The translations under genes were made by a program, and so were the position numbers. DNA of 64,000 bases, taken from positions 64,001 to 128,000 of the forward strand of contig CAVZRV010000031.1 of NCBI GenBank assembly GCA_963777605.1. The letters run 5' to 3'. This document shows, piece by piece, positions 19,503-29,333 of the stretch. Source of the stretch: an uncultured Acidobacteriota bacterium (GTDB lineage Bacteria > Acidobacteriota > UBA6911 > RPQK01 > JAPXNP01). Position 1 is the first letter of the stretch; every line of letters begins with the position of its first letter. The notes under the pieces were generated by a model. It saw only the letters and a program-made list of their open reading frames with translations, searched no databases and was not told where the DNA came from.

Positions 19503-19588
19503 GAATTGCGGCGCGAATCTCCGACGTGGACACGGTCCGCTCCCAGGTGATCCGACCCTCCCGAAGTCATTAACCCCCGTAGTCTTCC

Positions 19589-21919
19589 TCAAGTCAGTTG
19601 TCCTTCCCGAAACGCAGTCTCCACCTGCTCCCGGGACAATCCCGGGCACTCGAGGTAGAGGCGTCCGGCTACCGGGAGGACGAGCCGACCCGCAGTGGTC
19701 TGGAAACCGACCGGTCGGACGGACGGTTCCTGCCAGAGTTTCGGGCGACTCCCGGGCAACTCCAGTTCAACCCGGCCGTCTCCGGATGTGTGCCAATAAA
19801 CCACCCATGGCGTCTCGTGATAATCGAAAATGAACGCTCGCAGGTGGTCATCGCCTCTGCCGGCTCCTTCAATTTTCCAGTAAGGCTGCAAGTCGAATTC
19901 GCCGGCCGGGTTGATAAGTAAAACATGCTCCTGCGCCAGGTCTTTGAGCGCCTCCCGATGAGCCGGCGTCAACCAGCGTTGAACCCTGACCTCCTCCCAT
20001 CTTCGGAGTACTTCCAGGTTGTCCGGCGTCCGGGGATGGTTTTCGAACGCCTCCAGCATCCCCCGAAATGAGATCGGACAGTTCCACGCCGCTGCTCGAC
20101 TGGTCACGAACTCCAGCATATCCGGCTGGGTTCCGATAGTGTCCGGTCCCGGATCCCAGTACCCGATCCAGCCAAAGTTCAGGCCGGTAAAATCCTTCCC
20201 GATCCGGGGGGCTTCCTCCCCCGGATGCGCGCGCGTTGCCTCCTTCAGCACTTCAGGGCGAAAAATGTCGAATGCGTTGCCCCGAGTCAGGATATGCCAA
20301 CTGAAATGCGACTTGCAGGCACCCTCGGAGAAAAGGGGGCGGGGATTCATCGCTTCCCAGGTGAGCCACTGCGCACGTGAAACAGTGAACCAGTATGGCG
20401 GCGGTACGTCCTCGGCACCGTCAAAATAGGCAAACTGGAATCCCGCATCGGCATAGAGCTTTCCGAGGCGCCGTGCGACCTCCTCCTGGATGCTGGTTTT
20501 CTGGTCGTACACGCCGATCACGCCTGAGACTTCACCCAGCAGCCCGAACTTCCGCCCCGACTCGTGAACTGCGGCCGTCGTGTTGAAGATTCCGCGCTTG
20601 CAGCCCAGAAACCGGTAGGGTCGCTCGGTCGTGTAAGAGCCGTACTCAATCAGTTCATCATCCAACTTGAGAAATTTCTCCGGCGAGTCGAGATCACACC
20701 CCCGCGGATCTTCTTCGATTTCAACCTCGGTCTCGTCAACGGCGACATTGCGAGCGAGGGTAAAGATACGTCGCAAGTTCAATCTCGGATCGGGCACCGG
20801 AGTAATGTACGGGTCCATTCCGAACGCCTTGTTGTAGTGGTGATGCAGACCGGGGATCAGGCCCGCATTCTTGATCTTGCGAACGACCTCCTGGAGATCC
20901 TCAAGGCCTCGCGGATAGCGGTCTTTCCGAAACAGATAATGCCCGGGTGCCTGTGCGAAGGCCGTGTAATAGATCATGAAGGTCCGGAAGCCTCCGCGTT
21001 TCGCGTAGACGAGGTGATTATCAATATTGTTCGGGCTGACGTCGCTCACCCAGTAATAGGAATACGGGTACTCCCTTCGTCGTCGACTCTCGACTCCATC
21101 CGGCAACCCAAAATCCTTTTCAACCGCTGCGACACCGTCGAGGACGCGGTCCCCAGCCGTCACAACAACGGCAGCCCCTACTCCCTCGAGTTTGACTTCC
21201 CGCACGGCGGCAGCCTGCATCAGGTGGAAACCTTCCCGAGCGTACGCATCGATCCTCGGGTACGGATTGGTCCCCATTACGCAGACAGCGACGGATTCAT
21301 CCCACTGAACATTGAGCCACTCACCGAAATTCTTCCGGTCTCGGATCGGCAACTGAATCAGGCAAATTTCATCGAGTGGGGTCGGCCGCTTTTCCCGGAA
21401 ACCCGGCTTGGCCGCAGCAACGATTTTCTCGACGGAAAAGCTGAAGTAGGAATCAGTTACGCCGGTCTTGATAGTTACTTCATGATCCACCAGTTCGAAG
21501 TCAACAATCAGGCGGTCTCCGGACCTCCGCACTGAGCGAGCCGGAAAGGTCCTGCTCTTGGCCGGGTAACGCAGCTGCAGCTCATTTTCATACGGCCGAT
21601 ACTGGGTGACAGAGAAGATCTTGACCCCGGGATTCGGAATCAGACATTCCTCTCCGGTCTTCTTGTGCAAAAGGCTGCGGGCCGATCCATCCGAGCCAAT
21701 CACGAGGCGCGCTTCCCGATTCTCCAGAACAATGTCTCCCGGCTGAGGAACGAGAGGTTCCTCAGCTCCCTCGGCACTCCGATTCGCTGCCCCGGAGACG
21801 GCACCCGTCCTGGCAATTCCGGCGGCCCCTGCGAGTGTTCCGGTTTTCAGGAAATCGCGCCGGCTCGGTCCGCCTCCTGCCCGGCCCCTGCCTCCGGATC
21901 CCGGTCCTGACTTTTCCAT
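19589..21919 (-). CDS. Tat-exported uncharacterised putative glycoside hydrolase (family B, short copy)
   Basis: SRRDFLK Tat signal; YPRGLEDLQEVVRKIKNAGLIPGLH, YITPVPDPRL, YFDGAED shared with 54970-57876 and 57982-60864; AGGAG before ATG 21919. Confidence 0.72.
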   Translation of the reverse strand: MEKSGPGSGGRGRAGGGPSRRDFLKTGTLAGAAGIARTGAVSGAANRSAEGAEEPLVPQPGDIVLENREARLVIGSDGSARSLLHKKTGEECLIPNPGVKIFSVTQYRPYENELQLRYPAKSRTFPARSVRRSGDRLIVDFELVDHEVTIKTGVTDSYFSFSVEKIVAAAKPGFREKRPTPLDEICLIQLPIRDRKNFGEWLNVQWDESVAVCVMGTNPYPRIDAYAREGFHLMQAAAVREVKLEGVGAAVVVTAGDRVLDGVAAVEKDFGLPDGVESRRRREYPYSYYWVSDVSPNNIDNHLVYAKRGGFRTFMIYYTAFAQAPGHYLFRKDRYPRGLEDLQEVVRKIKNAGLIPGLHHHYNKAFGMDPYITPVPDPRLNLRRIFTLARNVAVDETEVEIEEDPRGCDLDSPEKFLKLDDELIEYGSYTTERPYRFLGCKRGIFNTTAAVHESGRKFGLLGEVSGVIGVYDQKTSIQEEVARRLGKLYADAGFQFAYFDGAEDVPPPYWFTVSRAQWLTWEAMNPRPLFSEGACKSHFSWHILTRGNAFDIFRPEVLKEATRAHPGEEAPRIGKDFTGLNFGWIGYWDPGPDTIGTQPDMLEFVTSRAAAWNCPISFRGMLEAFENHPRTPDNLEVLRRWEEVRVQRWLTPAHREALKDLAQEHVLLINPAGEFDLQPYWKIEGAGRGDDHLRAFIFDYHETPWVVYWHTSGDGRVELELPGSRPKLWQEPSVRPVGFQTTAGRLVLPVAGRLYLECPGLSREQVETAFREGQLT

Positions 21920-22032
21920 GAAGATCTCCTCATCGCGCTTGCTGTTCAAAACGGATCACACCCCCGGCCCCTCTTCGAAATAAGAGGATGCTCCTCGCAT
22001 GCGGGATCAGCCCTTGAACAACGGGTCCCGTT

Positions 22033-22071
22033 TTGAGATAAGTTGAATGAATTAGATCTCAATTTTATACG
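22033..22071 (+). promoter_or_regulatory. Divergent promoter with inverted repeat
   Basis: TTGAAT (22043-48)-N17-TATACG (22066-71); TTGAGAT 22033-39 and ATCTCAA 22056-62 form an inverted repeat flanking the -35. Confidence 0.5.
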
Positions 22072-22163
22072 GGTTTAGTTTGCGTTCTGCAAGACCTAAA
22101 ATGCGGATCCAGACGCGAAGCCGGGATTTTCCGCCCGACTGCCCGGGAAGTGAGGATCAGGCC

Positions 22164-24152
22164 ATGAAGACGGTTTCGTTAATTTCCATTGTTCTTTTTT
22201 CGATGATTGCTCCGTTTGCCGCCAACTGGGCGGGGCAGTCAATCGCCGAGGCGAGTCCATCCGGGTTCCAGGATCTTGCGCCATTGGGTCTTCCAGACGT
22301 CTTCCTCTGGACCGATACCTGCAATGTTTATGTCGTTCGTCAGGGTGACCGGGCCATCCTTGTCGATCTCGGCGACGGAACCGTCCTCGAGCACCTTCAG
22401 GAAATCGGCATCCGCAAAGTGGACTGGGTTCTTTTCACTCATCACCACCGCGAACAAAACCAGGGCTACCCTTCCCTCAAGCGGTGGCAGCCTCGAATAG
22501 GTGGTCCCGAAGCGGAGAGAGCCCTTTTCGAGCAACCCCTTGAGTTTCGCAAGATGAATCCAAGCCTTCGGGATGCCTTCACGATACATGGTTCGAGCTA
22601 TGTCCGGCCTCCACTGCAGCCCATCCGACTGGATCGCGCCTTCGCGAAGATGGATACATTTGACTGGCAAGGCCGCGAGTTTTGGTGCCTTGATACCCGC
22701 GGCAACAGCCCCGGAAGCATGTCCTATCTTCTTCATGACGACGGCGGACGCCTGGTCGCATTTTCGGGTGACGTGATGCTCGATGGGGCGCGAATGCACA
22801 ACTGGTTTGACACCGAGTGGGACTACGGCTTCGCCGCCGGGATTTACGCGCTCCATGGATCGGCGGCGCTGCTGGCGGACCACGGACTATCCCTGTTGCT
22901 CCCTTCACATGGACCGGTCATTCAAGAACCGACAGCTCAATTGCGGATATTCCAGGAGAAACTTCGGGCGCTGGCCCAGACTCTGATCAGAGGCTATCCA
23001 GCCGGTACCTTCTCGAGCGCCGATCAGGACCGGGTCTCTCGCCCGACGAAGGTTCCCAATGTGTGGCAAGTCTCGGAACACGTCTTCAAGCTCAAAGGTC
23101 CGAACTACTCACCCAACTTTACGCTCATCCTCGCTGACAGCGGTCACGGGTTGATGGTCGACTGCGGACTCATCGACCCGGCTTTTCTGGATCGGACGAT
23201 CGAATTGATGAAGCAGAGACTCGGCCTTAAACAGATTGACGCGGTCCTCTTCAGTCACATGCATGGAGACCACATGCTGCAGGCACCTCACCTGCGGGAG
23301 AAATGGGGCACGAAGATCTGGGTCCTGGATCGGATGGCGGCCCAGGTCGAACATCCGGAGTGGTTCGATTACGCAGCGCCCGTCGAAGCTTACGGCCAGG
23401 GAATCGACGGCATCAAACCGGATCGAATCCTGAGGTCCGGCGAGACTTTCGACTGGGAGGGATATCACCTCACGTCCGACTGGATGCCCGGGCAAACCGA
23501 GTTCGCGATGGGCCTGCACGGGTTGATCGACGGCAGAACGGTTGTGTTTACCGGCGACAACCTCTTTGCCAATCCCGAAGACCCCAGTCAGGACGGGCAC
23601 GAAGCGGTGGTGGCCCACAACAGTTCGATCCTCGAGGAGGGCTACATTTACGGAGCCCAGTTCCTGGCTCGCATTCAGCCGGATCTTCTGATCGGCGGAC
23701 ATTCCTGGGTCATGGATAACCCCGCTCAACTCATCGGGAGGTACCAGGATTGGGCTTTCCGGATGCGCACGGCCTTTCAGGCTCTCGCCAACGACGAGGA
23801 CTATCGTTACTGGTATGATCCGTTCTGGGTCCGTGCCGAACCGTACCGGGTCCGGTTGGCGCCTGCCAAAGGCCTCCAGGTCAGCCTGCACGTGAGGAAT
23901 TTCAGGGATCGCCCTCAGCGCCATCACATTGAAATCCACACAGCCGGGGGGCTGTCGGTCGATCCACGAATCATCGAAGGTTCCGTTGCAGCAAAGTCCA
24001 GCATAATCCTCCCACTCCGGCTCCAGGCATCGCCCGGTGCTGAGGGCAAGACTATGGTCGCCTTCGACGTGACTCTGGACGGTCGCCGCTACGGAGAATG
24101 GTTCGACATGATCGTCGAGGTCCGGGGCGACTCGCCGGCCGTGCCGAAATGA
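22164..24152 (+). CDS. Secreted tandem metallo-beta-lactamase-fold hydrolase (two MBL domains + C-terminal beta domain)
   Basis: Signal peptide; domain 1 ILVDLG/THHHREQ/FSGD/PSHG; domain 2 MVDCG/SHMHGDH/FTGD/GGH; GAGGA before ATG 22164. Confidence 0.85.
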   Translation: MKTVSLISIVLFSMIAPFAANWAGQSIAEASPSGFQDLAPLGLPDVFLWTDTCNVYVVRQGDRAILVDLGDGTVLEHLQEIGIRKVDWVLFTHHHREQNQGYPSLKRWQPRIGGPEAERALFEQPLEFRKMNPSLRDAFTIHGSSYVRPPLQPIRLDRAFAKMDTFDWQGREFWCLDTRGNSPGSMSYLLHDDGGRLVAFSGDVMLDGARMHNWFDTEWDYGFAAGIYALHGSAALLADHGLSLLLPSHGPVIQEPTAQLRIFQEKLRALAQTLIRGYPAGTFSSADQDRVSRPTKVPNVWQVSEHVFKLKGPNYSPNFTLILADSGHGLMVDCGLIDPAFLDRTIELMKQRLGLKQIDAVLFSHMHGDHMLQAPHLREKWGTKIWVLDRMAAQVEHPEWFDYAAPVEAYGQGIDGIKPDRILRSGETFDWEGYHLTSDWMPGQTEFAMGLHGLIDGRTVVFTGDNLFANPEDPSQDGHEAVVAHNSSILEEGYIYGAQFLARIQPDLLIGGHSWVMDNPAQLIGRYQDWAFRMRTAFQALANDEDYRYWYDPFWVRAEPYRVRLAPAKGLQVSLHVRNFRDRPQRHHIEIHTAGGLSVDPRIIEGSVAAKSSIILPLRLQASPGAEGKTMVAFDVTLDGRRYGEWFDMIVEVRGDSPAVPK

Positions 24153-24239
24153 CCCGATATGCGCCCGACCCACTAGCGCTGTTTCGGAGCGCCGGGGCAG
24201 TCGAGCCCAACGATCACACCCCTGAAGAGCGCTGCCTGC

Positions 24240-27014
24240 TCAGTCGCTCGGTTTGGTGAGGGTCCGAAACGATATCGGGAAATGTGGCTCAATGGGTTTG
24301 CCTCCGAGGGGTGCCGGGCCGTAGGCGACGTAGTAGTCGCCCTGATCCTTCCATCCCCATTCGACGGAAACCTCAAAATGATAGAGCTTCCTCGGATTGA
24401 GACGAACCGGGACGATTCGGGCGTCAACCCAGCTACCCCCCGCTTCCGGTACGAGTGCCGCGTTGACCCGTGCGGTTCCAACGTCGGCAGTTTCCTCTTC
24501 GGACCCGTATCGAACGAGAACATCCCCAGGGTTGGCCGCTCTTGTGAGACGAAAGGAGATCCCCGAAAAGACCGGTGCAGACTCGGAAACATAAAACTCT
24601 CCCCGGATGATACTCGCTCCGCCGCTGTCGATCTGATCGGTAATTAAACCGGGTTGGGCCTTCTCTCCCGGCCCCCATCCCGCCTTCGAATCTGGCGTTC
24701 CGGGATACCTCGAAGAATCACGCCACGCCGCTTTCTCCGGATGCAGCCAACGGTTCAGAAAATCGAGTGCCCCGATGAAATAGATCTCGTGATTTCCCTG
24801 AAAGTAATCTCTGCCGATCCGGTCCTCCATTTCCCAGGCCCGAGCCAGATCCTGCAACCTCCTCCAGGCTCTCCGATGCCAGCCGGGCGGGGTAACAGCG
24901 TCGTGCTCCCCATACTCGATCAAGACGGCTCTAGGCCACATCGCCGCAATAAGCTCACGATGCGTGAAGCGATGGAGTACGTCCCAGTTCGAAAAGTCTT
25001 CATCGGGGTGCCGCAGATAACTGGTCGCAATCCTGTCGCTCGTGATTTTAGGTCTCCAGTCATTGAAGTGTCCGGAGATCACGCTCGCCGTTATACGAGG
25101 TTCCAGAGCGGTCATCCAGGTTACGGAATAACCGCCATAGGAAAGCCCGTAATAACCGATCTCTTTGCCGTTAACAAAAGGAAGCGTCTGAAGAAAGTCG
25201 ATCACGCGGCGAAGCTTGGCCTGCTCGATGCTAGTCCGCATCATGCCCAGCGCTGCCGCCATCTGCACCTTGGAGTTGATCGCCCTATCAATCCCGAGAT
25301 AGACCTCTTCTTGACGGTCCCGGGCCTCGGGATAAGGCCGGTTGCCCACCGCCACGAGTGGTGCAAACACCACGAAACCCTGCTCCGCAAGGTGAGCTGC
25401 AAACAAGTGGTAGGGTCCCGGATCCTCCTTGCCAACGCCCGTCAACATTCCGGGAAGACCTCCACCGCCATGCTGAGCGACGACAGCCGGAGCAAGCCCT
25501 TCGATCCCTCGAGGTATCAACAGATGCCCCCAGGCTTCTACCCCCGGAACGACATCCAGAAGAACATCATATGCAGCAAACCTGTCATTCGCCTCGATCA
25601 GGTGGGTGCGGGCGTTGAGCGGTACGCCCTCAGTAGAGACCTCTCCCATGAGCTTTTTCAGCTCACTGTGGAGCGCTTCCACCCGCTGGGGGCGATCTGC
25701 TTCGGACGCGGAGTCCAGTTGCCAGAATCTCTCTCTGATAGCGTCGCTCTCCTCACACTGCCGACGAAGGTAATGATAGAGAGAATGAAAATGCTCGTTT
25801 CTCGCATCTTCGACTTGATCTTGCGAGACTCGAAAGCTGAAGGCACCAGTGCCGGAATTCTGGGTGGAGCCTAAAAGCGAACTGAGTTGCCGGGCGCCTG
25901 AATTCAGGGGATCGGCACCCTGCGCGACCTGCAGATTTCCGGAAAGGCCGAGACCATCGTAAAAGCGATGAGCCCTTCCGGCTTCGTTCTCAACCGAGGA
26001 AACGGAGATCGGCCCGGAGGAGTGACTGAGAACGATCAAAGGTCGAGGGGCCACCAGGGCTGCCGCTTCCGCATCCCCAAATTCGTTAAGCTGACCGTAC
26101 AGCATGCGGTCAACAGGTTCTTTCCAGCAGCTTTCGCGAGCCTGAAAATAATCGATCGCGGCGGCGGCGGCGAATCTCTCGTCTACTGCGGCTGCATAGA
26201 GCGCGGTCATGCCTCCCTGGCCGATCCCCATAACCCCAATTCGATCCGGGTCGATGTCCTTAAACAGCGAAAGCGCCCTCCCGAGCGCGACGACCTGCTG
26301 CACCTCGAGTCCGACCAGCGGCCTTCCGATAACAAACCCGACCCTGTGCAGAAGTTGGCGCCGGTTCATCTTGGCACGCCACGATAGGGAAGCGAGCTCA
26401 TGGTCGAAACTTCGCTCCACCATCAGCGGAATCGCGACAACTGTCCCGCTACTGAGGAGTTGAGTGACCCACCCGGCGGGCGTCTGACCCTTGACGATCC
26501 CGGCGAACCCTTCCCGCGTTTCCTGTTCCGAAGGGACGGCGATGATTGCGGGCTTCCTCACGGAAGAGTTGGGCGAAAAGATCAAAGCTCGCGCCTCAAA
26601 ACCGGAATCGATTGAGACTCGAACCTCCTCAACGCGCACGGACTCATCAGAGATTACCAGACGACCGGTCTCCAGCGTCTGGGGTAAATCCTCCATCAGT
26701 CCGAGCATCTCCCGAAGATTCGAGCGATGCTTTTGCAGCGATTCCCGGTAGGCTTCCTGGGACGAGAAAACCGGATCCCAGAGCCGGTCCCTGAGGGCCG
26801 GCGTCTGCTGAATCCGATTCAAGAAATAGTTGTCAATCTGCTCGTGCTGCCGAACGAGGATGTCTCCCGGAAGCTCGAAAGACCTGGTGTTGGCGAGGTA
26901 GAGAGGCCAGTCTTCCGTGCCCTCATTGTTCGCCGCGCCAGCCTCCAAGTGAAGAGAGACAGCTAACGCAAAACAGAAAGCCAATGCCAGCCCATTACGA
27001 AACGTCGTATTCAT
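24240..27014 (-). CDS. Secreted tandem double alpha/beta-hydrolase, copy 2, with an extra C-terminal beta-sandwich-like domain
   Basis: Signal peptide; elbows GIGQGG and GLSYGG; EYGEHD and FQGNHEI; about 130-aa C-terminal extension absent from the other two copies. Confidence 0.83.
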   Translation of the reverse strand: MNTTFRNGLALAFCFALAVSLHLEAGAANNEGTEDWPLYLANTRSFELPGDILVRQHEQIDNYFLNRIQQTPALRDRLWDPVFSSQEAYRESLQKHRSNLREMLGLMEDLPQTLETGRLVISDESVRVEEVRVSIDSGFEARALIFSPNSSVRKPAIIAVPSEQETREGFAGIVKGQTPAGWVTQLLSSGTVVAIPLMVERSFDHELASLSWRAKMNRRQLLHRVGFVIGRPLVGLEVQQVVALGRALSLFKDIDPDRIGVMGIGQGGMTALYAAAVDERFAAAAAIDYFQARESCWKEPVDRMLYGQLNEFGDAEAAALVAPRPLIVLSHSSGPISVSSVENEAGRAHRFYDGLGLSGNLQVAQGADPLNSGARQLSSLLGSTQNSGTGAFSFRVSQDQVEDARNEHFHSLYHYLRRQCEESDAIRERFWQLDSASEADRPQRVEALHSELKKLMGEVSTEGVPLNARTHLIEANDRFAAYDVLLDVVPGVEAWGHLLIPRGIEGLAPAVVAQHGGGGLPGMLTGVGKEDPGPYHLFAAHLAEQGFVVFAPLVAVGNRPYPEARDRQEEVYLGIDRAINSKVQMAAALGMMRTSIEQAKLRRVIDFLQTLPFVNGKEIGYYGLSYGGYSVTWMTALEPRITASVISGHFNDWRPKITSDRIATSYLRHPDEDFSNWDVLHRFTHRELIAAMWPRAVLIEYGEHDAVTPPGWHRRAWRRLQDLARAWEMEDRIGRDYFQGNHEIYFIGALDFLNRWLHPEKAAWRDSSRYPGTPDSKAGWGPGEKAQPGLITDQIDSGGASIIRGEFYVSESAPVFSGISFRLTRAANPGDVLVRYGSEEETADVGTARVNAALVPEAGGSWVDARIVPVRLNPRKLYHFEVSVEWGWKDQGDYYVAYGPAPLGGKPIEPHFPISFRTLTKPSD

Positions 27015-27057
27015 CGTAAGTTATCCCCCGAACCCGCTTGATCTCAAGTCAGCTCTG

Positions 27058-27102
27058 TTGACAACTGCGAGCGACCCATTATCTAATTGAATCAATTAAG
27101 AT
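27058..27102. promoter_or_regulatory. Divergent promoter region with TTGACA and a near-palindromic operator-like site
   Basis: TTGACA 27058-63; ATCTAATTGA-A-TCAATTAAGAT 27081-27102. Confidence 0.45.
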
Positions 27103-27174
27103 GAATCTATGCCTGAGTTGGATGGTAGCCCTTGGAGAGGCACCCGTCAATCGAATTGGGAGGCAGCTTTACAA

Positions 27175-28815
27175 ATGAAGCGTCCTTGGTATCCGGTTCT
27201 CATCGTCGCCATTCTCTCTTCGCTCTTAGGCCCGGTTGCGAGGGCCCAGAATGACCATGAACTGCGGGCCGAGGAGCGGGAGGACTACTTCAGGAAGTGG
27301 GTCGATGAAGACGTCGTTTACATTATTCTTCCGGAAGAGCGGGAGATCTTCCAGAAGTTGACGACCGATGACGAAAAAGACAGATTCATCGAACAGTTCT
27401 GGCTGCGCCGTGACCCGGATCCGAGAACTGCGGTGAATGAATTCAAGGAGGAGCATTACCGCCGGATCGCTTACGCAAACGAGAACTTCAAGAGCGGGTT
27501 TGCCGGTTGGAAAACCGATCGTGGCCGAATCTACATCATCCACGGTCCACCCGACGAAAAGGAGTCGTATCCCACGGGCGGCAACTACGAGCGGAGGGAC
27601 TACGAAGGGGGTGGTTTCACCAACGTGTATCCCTTCGAGCGCTGGTGGTATCGCCACCTTCCGGGAGTTGGCTCCGACGTAGAGATGGAATTCGTCGATC
27701 CCCGGATGAGTAACGAGTATTACCTGGCCGTCAATCCTGAGGAAAAGGACGCTCTTCTGAACGTGCCGGGTGGCGGACCCACGATGGCTGAAGACATCGG
27801 TCTTCGGGCTAAGAAGGATCGGCCATATTTCGTGTCGAACTACGGCGACTGGTATCCCGGAATCAACTCCAGGGCCAGGGACGACCCGATGCGCCGATAT
27901 GACAACTACTTCCAGGTCCAGAAGCCGCAACCGCTCAAATATCCAGACCTGAAGCGGATCGTCAACGTCGACATTTCTTACAGCGATCTCCCCTTCGATG
28001 TTCGCGAAGACTACTTCAAAGTTTCCGGAAATGAGGTGCTTGCTCCTATTACCATCCAATTCCAGAACAAGTTTCTGTCACCCAAAGAAAAGGATGGAAG
28101 ATTCTCCATCGATCTGGCGGTATACGGGGCTGTCACCAGCCTGGCAAACAAGGTCGTCTTCGAATTTGAAGATGAGGTGAGCGCTACCTATCGTCCGGAG
28201 GAGCTTCAGCAGGGACTCCTGGAACGGTCGATGTATCAGAAGATCATCCCGATTCGCTCCAACCTTCGATATAAGGTTGACCTGGTTGTAAAGGACCTCA
28301 ACGGCAACAAAGTCGGGGTTCGCCAGAAAGCGCTGATTCCGCCGCCATTCACAAGCGAATTGCTGCAGTCCAGCTCTCTGGTCCTTTCCGGGTTCATCCA
28401 AAGTGTCGACCAGGCAGCGGCCAATGACCCGGATCAGATGTTCGTACTCGGTGACGTCCGCATGCGTCCCAGCGTTGACAGGGATTTCCTGTCGATCGAT
28501 CCCTTGGGTGTTTACCTTCAACTCTACAACGTCGGACTTGATCAAAGCCGAAATGTTCCTGATTTGCGAATCGAATACAAGGTCACTTCCGGGGAACAGG
28601 CCGTGAGGGAGGTCGTTGAGACGAAGGGTGAGTCGATTCACTTTGCTTCACCGGACCGCGTCGTTTTAATCAAAGGCGTTTCGCTTGCCGGCCTGCAGCC
28701 AGGTCGCTACTCACTCGAAGTGAGAGTGGACGATCTCGTTACTCATCAGCAAGTCTCGCGCTCAGCGGATTTTCAAATCGGTGAAGCAGCCCCGCCCGGG
28801 TCCTCCAGTCAGTAG
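27175..28815 (+). CDS. GWxTD domain-containing secreted protein
   Basis: KWVDEDVVYII, FIEQFWLRRDP, EEHYRRIAYANE, GWKTDRGRIYI..GPPD; signal peptide; GGAGG before ATG 27175. Confidence 0.93.
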   Translation: MKRPWYPVLIVAILSSLLGPVARAQNDHELRAEEREDYFRKWVDEDVVYIILPEEREIFQKLTTDDEKDRFIEQFWLRRDPDPRTAVNEFKEEHYRRIAYANENFKSGFAGWKTDRGRIYIIHGPPDEKESYPTGGNYERRDYEGGGFTNVYPFERWWYRHLPGVGSDVEMEFVDPRMSNEYYLAVNPEEKDALLNVPGGGPTMAEDIGLRAKKDRPYFVSNYGDWYPGINSRARDDPMRRYDNYFQVQKPQPLKYPDLKRIVNVDISYSDLPFDVREDYFKVSGNEVLAPITIQFQNKFLSPKEKDGRFSIDLAVYGAVTSLANKVVFEFEDEVSATYRPEELQQGLLERSMYQKIIPIRSNLRYKVDLVVKDLNGNKVGVRQKALIPPPFTSELLQSSSLVLSGFIQSVDQAAANDPDQMFVLGDVRMRPSVDRDFLSIDPLGVYLQLYNVGLDQSRNVPDLRIEYKVTSGEQAVREVVETKGESIHFASPDRVVLIKGVSLAGLQPGRYSLEVRVDDLVTHQQVSRSADFQIGEAAPPGSSSQ

Positions 28816-29285
28816 ACGGTTGTTCCGGCGACCCAACTTCAAGCTGGCCACGTCCCTGAAACTTCGGTTGAAACACCAAGGCGCCAAGGCCGCGCAGTTG
28901 ACTCTTGTTTCGGATCTAACGAGCACCAAGAGTTGCCCCCGCCCCCCCCTCAACCCGATCCGGCTCTGACGGGCCATCAAATCTCCGGACGGATTCGCCT
29001 GCGAGCGACCTCGACCTCAGTCCCAGGGTACTGGGCTGCAACCAAAGGCGCTTGCAGCGCCATATCCCGTCTCCGGCTTCTCTTTCTGAATGTTACGGCG
29101 TGGATGGTCACGAGGATGGGACACCTCAGTTCTTGGAGGACCAGCCGCCCATTCATGGCATTTCCGGCAGAAGGAGCAATGTAGACGGGATTAGTCGAGT
29201 GACCGACTCGGTGAGGCGGGGCGGACTGGAGGGATAATCCGCCCCGGTGCGGAAGCGTTCTGATCTTGGGGGTGAAGACAAGCAC

Positions 29286-29321
29286 ATTCGGGGCCGACTG
29301 GTTAACCAGTCGGCCCCGAAT
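29286..29321. terminator. Perfect 36-bp palindrome just downstream of the TBDR stop; terminator or mRNA-stabilising hairpin
   Basis: ATTCGGGGCCGACTGGTT|AACCAGTCGGCCCCGAAT is its own reverse complement; no long U-tract. Confidence 0.65.
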
Positions 29322-29333
29322 CGGAGAAGCCGA

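Noticed and set aside
22164-24152. Metallo-beta-lactamase resistance gene
   Set aside because: Two-domain, about 660-aa protein with non-canonical ligands; not the architecture of class B beta-lactamases.
29165-29180. Glycine-riboswitch-like CCGGCAGAAGGAGCAA
   Set aside because: The other conserved elements (GGAGA, CTCAGG) are missing and there is no downstream gene on that strand.
28977-29285. 102-aa minus-strand ORF and other small ORFs in the GWxTD-TBDR spacer
   Set aside because: No RBS, no recognisable motif, and they run through several hairpins.
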